From contig NC_087447.1 in assembly GCF_036321535.1 (NCBI RefSeq), positions 40,612,001-40,676,000 on the forward strand: a DNA stretch of 64,000 nt, in the 5' to 3' direction. Under the pieces are notes generated by a model. It worked only from the letters and a program-made list of their open reading frames with translations. It was not told the DNA's origin and did no database searches. Shown piece after piece: positions 38,561 through 49,300 of the stretch (position 1 is its first letter; the number at the start of each line of letters is the position of its first letter). Source of the stretch: Camelus dromedarius. Lineage: Eukaryota. The translations under genes were made by a program, and so were the position numbers.

Positions 38561-40224
38561 CCAGGCCAGGGCTGGGGCCAAGGGGAGGATGGTGTACCTA
38601 GGGCTTTCCCCAGGCGACCCTGTCTGATGAGCTGCCAGAGGCAGGCGATAGAGAGTTCTGGGCACCACGGGCACTGGTGACCGGTGTGCACACACACATC
38701 CGTCTCTCACGTTCTCATTTCTCTTTTCTTTGCCTCTTCTCCCCCTGTTTACTACCTCAGGGTGTGAGTTGCTTAAGGGCAGGGCAGGGCCAACCAAGCC
38801 TGGTTCACCTGTAAACCCGGCAGACCTGCCAGGCTCTGGTACCAGCACTGGGCAGACCTGGGCATGTGTCTGGTTGAACATTTCTCCCCCAGGAGCACTC
38901 TTTTGTTTACATGTGGGTGTTGGGATCCAACCCTGCATCTGCTGCGCCTGCCGGGGTGGGGACAGCTGCTCTCTCCACATTTGGTGTGTTTCCACACGTG
39001 TGCAGAATAGTTCCTTCCAGGGGGAGGTTCAGGTGAGTACAGGAGAGATGTACATGTCCATGGTGCCTCCTGACTGACTGACTGATGACTTCAAAACAAG
39101 TTCATGGCTCGTACACTTCCCCAGTAAAGGAGACCATTCACAGCTCCTCCTTCATACCTGCCTCTGCCTGTCAGCCTGCCACTGAGTTTGTTTGGCAGAC
39201 CAATTTATCTCTCTGATGGTGCCTGTTGTTGTGTTTCTTATTTGTCCTTTTCCATCCCATGGTTCTGGATTGACAATTAGTCAGCAATAGAAGGACAGTG
39301 CTTGCCCCAGGGGGGTTCAGAATGTTCCCAGGGAGACACAGGCCATACCTTACTTTGACATTTCCAGTTTGCTCACAGAGTTTAAAAGATTTTCATTCAC
39401 AGATTCTCTGTGTGTGTTTGTGTTCCTGGAAAATGATGCTCTTGGCTTTCCAGTCTGTTCAAGGAGGAGGTGAGCAAGGTACTACTTTGGGAAGCAGTGA
39501 GGAGACAGTATTAACCCGTGAACTCATCCCAGAGTGCTCCCCTATCATGTTGATTGTGGACCGTGTCACATGATTTATAAGGCTCTGCATGAAAATGAAT
39601 GCAAAGTGGAAGTTGAAAGGAGCCTTTGTGCTTTTGCTCCCAGGAAACCTTATAGCTCTGTTTGGAACTTTCAAATATATACCTGAAAAAATTGAGAGAG
39701 ATGGGAAAAAAGAGGGAAACAGGGAGCAGGATCCTTAAAATATGTGTTGGTCCAGTTCTCTTATGTGTGTGCAATGACTGTATTATGACTCCCATGGATA
39801 TTCAGAAGTGACCAGACTCTCAGTATGGAAAGGTGGACACCACAACCCACAGCAGGGTGGGGAAGGGTCAGTGACTTGGGAAGCACTGGACGTGAAGCTC
39901 AGAGGGTGCTTGGCTGGTTGTGCCATGATGGCATAGCCATGACTGGTGACAGTTCCCCTAGTGGTGCTGGAGCCATCTCTGAGCTAGTATTCGGGGGAAT
40001 TTAAAGTAAATTTAGAGATTTACCTTTTTTAGATAAGGGGCCTACAATATTTGGGACTGGCCAAGTACAGATCTCTGAAGGCAGAGGGTGGGAAAGGAAA
40101 AGATCAGAGCCTTGTCCTTGACGATATGGGCTGTTATGTCTATTCCACTGTCACAATTCTGTTAGTAGAGCCTTTTGTACAATCCAGTTTACTCTGCTGA
40201 GCTGAGGGGGAATAAGGGATACTA

Positions 40225-40443
40225 ATAATAGTAGCTAAAAATTATGTAGCACCTGCTATGTGCCAGGTACTATTCCAAGTGCTTTACGTATGTTGACTTA
40301 TTTAATATTCATCACCCTATGAGGGAGGTAATGGGTCTGCTCCATTTTTCAGATGGTGAGATTATATGATTGGTCTAAGGTGCAGGGATTTAAACCCAGC
40401 TAACGTCACTTCAGGATTTGTGTTCTTAACCATATACTGTACT
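40225..40443 (-). mobile_element. MIR SINE
   Basis: TATGTGCCAGGTACTATTCCAAGTGCTTTAC...CCATTTTTCAGATG...GGATTTAAACCCAG. Confidence 0.8.
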
Positions 40444-41734
40444 GTCTTTTGAGAGGGACAGCAGGTCACAGGGCAGTGGCATTCCCCTGGAGTCACTTGG
40501 TGTTGGGAGTGGGTGTCAGAGTTAGTGACTTCGGAGGGCAGCCGAGGGGTGATGGAGTCACAGCCTTTCCACTTGGAGACTCTTCCATGGATAAACTGAA
40601 GAAGCTCTGTGTTTTGTTTTGTTTCATGCCAAGAGGCAGAGGTTATATTCACTTAAAAAATGTTTGTGGAACACCCAGGACAGTTGCTGACACATTCTTC
40701 AGAGAGTACGTGTTGGGTGGATGAGTGGATGAATGAATGAGTACACAGTGTGGATGTCTGGTGCGTTGGTTAGTCATTAATAAAAGCATTTCCATTCCCA
40801 AATGAGTATGTTTTGCTTTGGAGCCTTGCACAGGCTTCTCTTTGCTTTGGAAAGGAAGTTGTCCTGGGAGCTGCAAATGTCACAAAATGTTCTGCTGGAT
40901 GTTCCATAGAACTTGCAATTAGAAGAGGCTTTGGAGCGTCACCCTAGAGCTACGTTCTAGTCATGACTGAAAAGTTGATTTTCCTCTTGGGGGCTGCAGT
41001 GATATTTCATTTTAATTTGTTTTCTGATTGAATGATTTAATTAGATGGTGTTTGGGAATCTCTTGGGAATGTAAATTGCAGTTTTGATAACTTTTTTTTT
41101 TTTTAACCAAATAGATGGTAAATGAGAGGGTGGATAACTCCAGATTTGAAAAATAGCATTCTGATGGATTGGAAACATAGAATAACTGTTAGTACAGGCT
41201 TGGTCTTAGGAGGAGAAAGATGGGATTGTTGGAGGTGATGCAGTGGATTAAGTAGAGAGCGCTGAAGGAGGTGGAAGTGTTGGAGAGCTTGGGAAATGGA
41301 AATATGGATTCACTTCTTACTGTGGAAGTCCAGTAGCAAAAAAAACACCTTCCACTTTTTTTGGTTAGTATCTTTTTGAATCTGTAAAAGAATGTGCCAG
41401 TATTAAAGAAAATATTTTAAAATGTATAGAATTGCCCCTAATTCATTCTGATCTAACACAACTATTTTGTATTTTGAGCATTGCCTTCTAGCTTTGGCCA
41501 TCTGCCTCCATATTTTAAAATGAAGTTGTGGTTTACATGTAATTTTATATTCTGCTTTCCTCAGTTTGCTCTTTGTTAGAAGCATTTTTTTTTTTCAGAT
41601 TTGCTACATAGGTTGTTGATTTAATCCTTATTTATTGGAGACCTAATATGTGCCACTGGGGGGAGGTGACTTTGGACACAGTGGTGAACCAGGACACTCC
41701 TGGTCTCTGTCATGGTGAACTTATTTTTAGAGGA

Positions 41735-42466
41735 TGATAGAACCCCTCTTATTCAACACAGTTGGAGTTTAAGTTAGTTTATTGAAAAACTGGTTAAAGT
41801 GGAGAATAAAACAAAATATTACATACATGCATTAAATATTTTATTTTAATATTATTGAAAATGTACATTTATTTGTCAGCCTTTTGATGTAAGGCTGGGT
41901 CTGCCGATGGCCTTTCTGATCATCTTCCTTGCATGAACCACTCCCACAGGTGCTGTTTACAAAGTCTGGTTTCTAGTTCTGTTTTCTTTAACATTCATTG
42001 AGAACTTGAAGCTGCTTGTGAAGCAGTGTAGGAGCCTAAATTTTTACGACTTTTGTCTGGTCTTTTATGATGATTTTGTTCACGTGTAATTTGACCACTA
42101 TTTAAGTGACTAGCTTTATAAAGTCTTTCCAAAACTTTAAATTAATTTTCTTAGAAACAACAACCCTCATCTGTTTGGCAGGCATATTCCTTTGGTTTAT
42201 ATACTATGTCATTAAATTATGCTGTTCCAATGACAAATACGAAGAGTTTAAGTCCATTTGGAAACAAACTCAGCAGACTGTTGGTAGGCATACAACTGAG
42301 TTGTTAGCAAGAGATGAGAAAGGGATAGGAGAGAGATGCTGACACAGGGGAACAAAGGCATCCTGGGTTTTTTGTTTTCTTTTTCTTTTTTTTCATGGAG
42401 AGAATAAAAGCTTGCTTAATCTGGAGAGGTGACTAAGTGGAGGATTTTTAAAGAGAACTTTTACTG
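41735..42466 (-). mobile_element. Ancient Tigger (Tigger15a-like) non-autonomous element
   Basis: Degenerate TIRs (TAGAACCCCTCTTATTC / GAGAACTTTTACTG). The minus strand near 41870-41985 reads LWEWFMQGR*SERPSADPALHQKA, a CENP-B-type HTH remnant. Confidence 0.7.
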
Positions 42467-42489
42467 CATTTTTACATATTTTTATAATA

Positions 42490-42920
42490 TTCCACCATCA
42501 ATATACCATTATTGGTTTAACCACTTCCCTATTACTGAACATTTGCTGCTCTATTAAAATTAAAGCAGAAACAAACACCTGCACTTCGCATGTTCTTCTT
42601 TTGAATTTCTTTTAACGATGTATTTCCAGAAGTGGGATCACTACTGGTTCAAAGATTATGAACATTTTTATGAAAGATGGTTTTTCAAGAGGAAAATCTT
42701 TCTACACAGCCACCAGCAATGTATTATTGTACCTGTGTCACGGGGCCTGGCCAGCATTGGGTGTCATATGTCAACTTTTTCTGGGCAAATGTAACCACTG
42801 TCAAAAGTTCTATTCTTTTGCTTTGTGTTCCTTTGATTACCTAGAACTGAGTATCTTCCCCCTAGCCCTGTGTTTGTTTTCACCTTGCATTCGTGTCCTT
42901 TGCCAGTTTTTCTCTTGGGA
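42490..42920 (-). mobile_element. L1ME-like 3' fragment
   Basis: TTTAACCACTTCCCTATT, TTCCAGAAGTGGGAT and CCACCAGCAATGTAT motifs. Confidence 0.65.
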
Positions 42921-43054
42921 TATCAGTGTTTATGATTTGTGTATTTTATGTATATGTTTTATTTCCATATATCATTAATTAATTAATGAAATTTATGTTA
43001 TGCCTGTATTCTACATTATATACATAATTTTTGCTTTACATAGATGCCTTAGGG

Positions 43055-43310
43055 CAGTGCTTTTCAAACTGTGTCCCCAGAATCCCCAAGCCTTTGGCAG
43101 GTTTGATCTGGGACCTGAGACATAAAAGGGTCAAGACATAAAAGGGTCTCCTGGACCCCACCTGTACCCACTCTCTCCCCTCCGTGCAACCAGTGTAACT
43201 CCTCTTTCATCTGTCTTATTACATTTGTTATTCTGTAAAATATTTCATTTTTACAAGGGCTCTGCTTCTGCTTCTTCTTCTTTTTATTTTTAAAGGTTGA
43301 AAATCAGTTT
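43055..43310. mobile_element. MER102-like hAT MITE
   Basis: TIR-like ends CAGTGCTTTTCAAAC ... GTTGAAAATCAGT. Confidence 0.6.
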
Positions 43311-46300
43311 TGGGAGAAAAGGAAACATCAGACTGTTAGATTTTTGTGAGGGATGATGGTAGCATAAAGAATTCAGGAGAGTAAACAAATCTAAAAGGAA
43401 ATTGAATTCCTGGGTGGTGTTCTTGTAACATCTACTTACCCTTCTGAACACCATGGTTAATAATGTATTACATTGTATGACTAATTTCTAAATCCATTAT
43501 CTTAGTTCACTGAGTCAAGATCATCCCAACAATGGGAGAAATGAATTATTAACTGCTTTTTGTTTCCTAAAAGTTTATTAGGCATATTATGTGCATACTA
43601 ATGTACGTCAAGTCAGTAACAGTAGGTTTGCTCACCAAGACTGCACACCATATATGGTTCCTAAAAATCAGAAAATGTCCTAGGCCTGGATGTTGGAAGA
43701 CTTTTTTGTGTGTGTCCCCTATAGCTTTTGGATGTCATCTCGAATTGGCTGGTGTCCTTCTCATCTGATCCTCAACTTGGCAGGGTTGTAAAGAAGAGAA
43801 TATGATGTTTGCTAAATGCTTGGAGATTATTTGAGGAAAGGGTGTCATTTAAACAGTAAAGCTATTTGTCCTTCAGAATGAACTGTGGCATGTGAAATTA
43901 TATTAGTAACAGATTGGTGTTTTGAGAAGGTTCAATAGCAGGATTTAGAGGTTGAGCCCGGTTATCTTTATCAACAGCCTAGGACCACATCTTCATGGAG
44001 TAGAAGAGCCTTGCCAAAGAATACAGCATATTCTCATGGCCGGAGAATTTTCATTTTTATCCAGAAGTGTGTAGGCTGTAAAATAAATGAATTCTACATT
44101 CTTTGCCACTCACTTGACATAAATTGTTATTTGCCCTTGATAAGTAGGTTGATGTAGAATCTCAAGGAGAATTCAGAATGAAATGTCGGAGAACCACGGT
44201 CTGGTGTTCTGGTTTCTGAGGGCCTTGAAGGTCAGCTTCAGTTACTTGGGTTAGGCTGGTCTGCATTTTTTCAAAGGTGTTTATAGGATTCAGAGCCGCG
44301 TACGAGGTTACTGGAACATCTTCATTACCATTCTGTAGGGTTTCTACTTCACTTAGAAAGCTGAATGGGCTATTGCCTTGATTTGGGGTCTGGGGGCGTC
44401 TCTTTAGGATTGTTGCCCTCTTCTGTTGCTTGGGTTCTATTCTGGAAACCAGCACAGACAGGCTGCCCTGTGGAGAGGCATATAGGAAGGAGGGCAGTCC
44501 AGCTGGAGGCAGCCTTGCACAGAAAGTCCTTGGGGAAATGCCGAGCTGAGCATGAGTGATGAATGTAGGCAGAAGGCACCAGGGTGGGATCTGGGGAGAA
44601 AGAGGGTCATGTTTGAACCCAGAGGGGCAGAAGTCCATCGGTGTGGGATGGGCACCACGGGAGAGAGAGAGGGACAGAGTGGGTTAGGTTTGCTGGTTGA
44701 TGATCCAGATTCTATGAATGGTGGGTTGCACTTTTTATACTGGCCTTGAAAGTCTCCCGAGGGCTGGGGGTTCTTGAATTTTGCAGAGATTTGATTATTC
44801 CATTGTGCCTATAATTGTCATCTTATCAAATCTCACTTTGCCTTTGGGGTCTGAATCAGCTTCGTTCCGTAATGCAAGCTTGGGCACAGGAATTCTCCAT
44901 GTTCCCCCTTCTCCTTGCACGCGTGCCTTCACATGCAGGGCACCCGCCCAGGGCAGGGCCGGGATGGTGCACGTCCCAACATGCTGCCTCCATTCTCACT
45001 CCATCCCTTTCTCTCCCACTCAAGAAAGCATGTTAGTATGCAAGAGAATGTGACAACCTTGAAATCTCTTCAATTTATAGTTAAATTTAATCATCCGTAC
45101 GCTTTGGTACTTAAATTATTGTTAATAACAAATTACTGCACAACTGTTCCAACATATAATATGTTGTGACAGCGACTGGGAACAGCTGCTGTTCTGGAAC
45201 CTTCTGTGTAGGTCTCTGTGCTCTTTATGGACCCAATTGAATGCAGCCAACTGGAGCTTTAAGCAAGAGGATTCCTGATTTTATGAACATTAATGCTTTG
45301 GTGGTTTTTTTTCTGGCTACACGATTATGGATTAAAATATATTGCTAGACAGATCATCCCCATCAGTGGGTGTGCAGTTCTGTGATGTGATTCTCTTTCG
45401 CTGCCCAATGTTAAGTTTCAGTTTTGTGAAGGTTTGCTTTTGGGACATGAAGCTGCCCTTAACAATACCAGCAGAAAACCTGACGTGTCCAGCCCCAATG
45501 AGACAGTGACAGGCTTCCTGTATGATGGCCTTGCTAAAATGGTACTGGAGCCAGAGACATGCTTTGTTGGGCTATGTTTGTTATCGCTGGCCTTCAGGAG
45601 CTCACAGAAGTACAGTATTTGGGAAGGTTCAGAGAAATGGGTTAGCACCCATCTCCTTGGGATAGATGAGAATAAAGGAAAATGATACCTGAAAAGGAGG
45701 CTGAGGCCAGCGCTTTGGCATGAATGGGTTCATCCCGCCGATGTCCAGAGTTGAAGACTCAGAGTGGAGCTCCTGTTTGAGATGGTTGGGTGCTGCATCT
45801 TAAGCTCTGGTGCCTTGTTTGACTTCGCTGGTCTGATTTGCCCATCCATTGCTGTCCCTTGATGACTTAAAGGCCACTGAGATCCCAGAGGAGAGGGAAT
45901 GCAATTCAGGGACCCAGGCAGGACAGAGTTTGAAACTTGGGCTAGTAAGTGTCATGCTAGTGGCATTTGAGGACTTCGGAGAATGGTACCAAAATTTCTT
46001 GCGCCAGTGAATGTAGGAGTAAGAAAGCCAGGGCAAGATTTGAAGCTACAGAATTGCCGAATGAGAATCTTAGCCAAACCCTTGATCTATTTTAAGAGCA
46101 ATAGGCATTTAAAGAATTGAAGCTGGATCGTATCAGAAAGAATGGAGGAAGAGAACTACGCTTGTGTGTCAGGGACTGGACTGGGTGCTGTCCCTGCCTG
46201 ATTACTTTCTGTCTTTACTGCATGGTGAGAACACTGAGACTGAGTGACTTAAAGAGTTTGCCCAAGGGCTGATGGAGTTGAGCCAGGAAGGGAAACTGTC

Positions 46301-47967
46301 TCCAGCATCTGTGCGCTCTCCAGCAGAGGAAAGAAGATGACAGTCTCACAAAGAGGGGACTGGGAGATCACTTTATCGATGATTGTGTTCAACTAAGTGG
46401 AAGCCCAAAGGCCTCAGGTCAAGCGGGAGACTGATGGGAGAAGGATCCAGGCAGGCAGCTTGGTCTGTTTTTGTGCGAGTGAGGGACCTTGAGGGTGCCA
46501 GAGGGAGGAAAACTTGCCCGCAAGGGTGAGTGACATGCCACCGTGGAGGTTGTGGGGAGCCCTTTCTCTCGGATCACTGTGGAGCCCCCAGGAATTTGGC
46601 CTTGTAGGAAAAGCAGAGCATGCCAGCTGTGGGCTAGAGTGCTTTCAGATTCCACACATGCCTTTCGAGCACTTCCGGTGTGCCAGGCCCAGGGCTGAGT
46701 GCTTTCCTGTGCACTGCCACAGTCGTGTGGCTTCTGGGCTGACCAACTCGTCCCATTTGCTCAGGACTTTCCCTCTTGTAAAACTGATATTCCCAGGCCC
46801 AAGAGGCCCCTCCACCCTGGGCAAACCTGGATGGTCAGTCATCCTCATCTTTTCACGCTGATGAATCTTGTTTAATGGTAACTCCCAGCCTCATGGCAAA
46901 AATAGCCTTTTTGATTGCACCACACCTGTGTCTTCTGCTCTCTGCTCTTGAAGGTTGACTTTGTCCAAGAATTGTAAAGAGGACAGGGAGGGTCCCAGCA
47001 GTTCCTGCCCCGTTTCCCTTGCCCATACAGGCTGCCTCCTCTCTCCTTTGTTATTCGTTCTGCCTTGGTACTCTGTTTTGTTTTTGTTTTTTTTTAATTC
47101 CAGCTGTCTGAGCCTCTCAGGATTTGGAAAGGAAAAAAACAATTGCTGTAAAGGAAAGCTCTAATAAAGTGGTTTGGGCACAAACAGCCGCAGCTGTTTA
47201 TTTGCCCAAAACAGTCGGAGTCTGTATTAATAACCTTGTGAGTTACAGGCTAGGAAGTGAAAAGTAAGCAAAAATCTCACTTGAGACCTGCATCTGTGAC
47301 TTTTTTCCTTTATTGAACTAATCTCTCTTCCTGTTTATGCTGGTGACATTTTCTATTATCCGTGTGGAAGATCCTTCTTGATCTTCCGTTTCAGATTTAT
47401 TTAGCTCTGCCTGGGTAGGGTCCCAGAGTAGAGGGGTTTTCTGGTTTCTCTTTATTGCAATTATGATGCCAGGTGTTTCTGTGGTTCCTGCCTCAAAGGA
47501 TCTTGACGAGTGGGATGGGCCTTGCCTAATTAATCATCTTAATATTTCTCTGACGGGGGAGAAGGAGCCACAGAGGAACGGGAGGGGTGTGGGTGAGGCT
47601 TTAGACGTGCCTCTAAGTTCATGGGGCTTGGAGAAGAGAGTCGTTTAGCATTTTGGTTTCTTCCATTTCTAAATCTCAGTTTAATAATAAACTGATCCTC
47701 TGATTTGCTTCATTTTCTGAAAGAGTGTATGGAGGGGAGTGTAACATGTAGGAATTATGACGTAGATCCCCCAAGTGTATAATTCAGCCAGGCTTTGAAA
47801 AAAAATTTTTTTAGAACCTGGGGATTTATATTAGAAGGGGAATCCAGTAGAAAATGATAAAAGAGAATTTTATGAATGATTCAAAAATTAGAAGAAAGAA
47901 CGAATGAGGAAGAGTTGTAGAAATAGGTCTGAACTTGTCTGGAGAAGAAACTGGAAGAGGAAGAAAA

Positions 47968-48135
47968 TTAATATTTGTTGAGCATCCATTATGTGCTAAA
48001 TGCTTTGAACGTGTTACCTCATTTTAGCCTCATAAACAACTCTGTTGGGTGATGTTATTACCTCCATTTAACAGATGAGGAAATCAAGGCTCAGTGACTA
48101 TACCTAACTTGTCCAAGGTGATGCAGTTAATAAGT
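47968..48135 (-). mobile_element. MIR SINE
   Basis: CCATTTAACAGATGAGGAAATCAAGGCTCAG...TAACTTGTCCAAGGT. Confidence 0.8.
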
Positions 48136-48844
48136 TACCTCTCTTAAGCCCCTTAGTAAGGGGCTAAGGGCCCTCTTGTTCTTCTGCTCCAGTAATGCTG
48201 GTCAAGAGAAAACAGGATCATCTCTTTCTCTTAGCAGAAAGGTTGCAGATGAGACTGGGAGGATTCATGAGAGTAGCGAGACCCTAAGGTGGAGTTTGTC
48301 AGTGTCCCTCCCTGGAGATGCAGGAGGTCATCTGTGCCAGGAGCTGATGGGGATGGAGTGCCCTGGAAGGTTGAGAGAGGCTCTAGGCCTGGCTCTTCGC
48401 AGCCAGTAGTATCACTGCTTCCAGAAGACTTAGCATGAACAAGACCATCTCCTCCTCTCATTCAGAGCAAAGCCTTATTAAGGGGGTCTGCCACGCTCAG
48501 GACATGGGACTGAGTTGGGGACCATAGATGGGGCAGATGCACACAGAGGAAACAGCAGATATGTCCAAGTTTGCCAGGAATTCCCATTTAATAGAGGAAA
48601 TGGAATATCTGGGGGTGAAGTGTAAAAAACGATGGGCCCCTAGCTCTGTGGACAGATGTAGGAGATGGGCCCCAAGGCTGGCATTATTTATTGGGGCTGG
48701 GGAACGGGGCAGGGCATGGGATGGTTGGAAACTGCAAACCAGCTTCTAAGTTCCCGTTCTCCTCTGTTGTGGCTGGAAGTTTGATGGCTACCTGGGAGGT
48801 AATCCTGCCTTCTGTTGGCCATATGCTCAGATTCTTTTCTCCCT

Positions 48845-49300
48845 TCATCCAACTGACATTTATTGAGCACCTAATAAGTGCTAAGGGTATATTAGTGGAA
48901 CAAAGACAAAAGTAGGAAGGGTTTGCAAGTAAATGAAGTAGTTGAAGGCTCTCCTATAAGCAAATGTTTGAAGAAAATTAGGTGTGGACTCTGTCTATTG
49001 GGAGAGTTCCAGGTGGGGGAAACAACTAGTCCAAAGGCCCTGAGGCAGGAATGTACCTGGTGTATGTGTATTTGAGGAACAGTGTGGCCAGAGCAGAGTG
49101 ACTGTGGGAGAGTGGAGTCGGGGGTGAGGCCAGAGAGGGGCTGGCTAGGGAGCAGGTTGTACGTGCCTTGGAGGCCACTGTGGGAGAAATGCTCTGGGAG
49201 AAATGGGAGCCCCTGGAAGGGACGAGCAGAAGGGCCCAGCTTGTAAAGGCCCCAGTCCAGGCTGTTCTGTGACTGCTCCCAAGCACCCTCGTGGGCTTGA
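48845..49300 (-). mobile_element. L2 fragment
   Basis: CATTTATTGAGCACCTA tail and CAAAGGCCCTGAGGCAGGAA motif. Confidence 0.75.
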
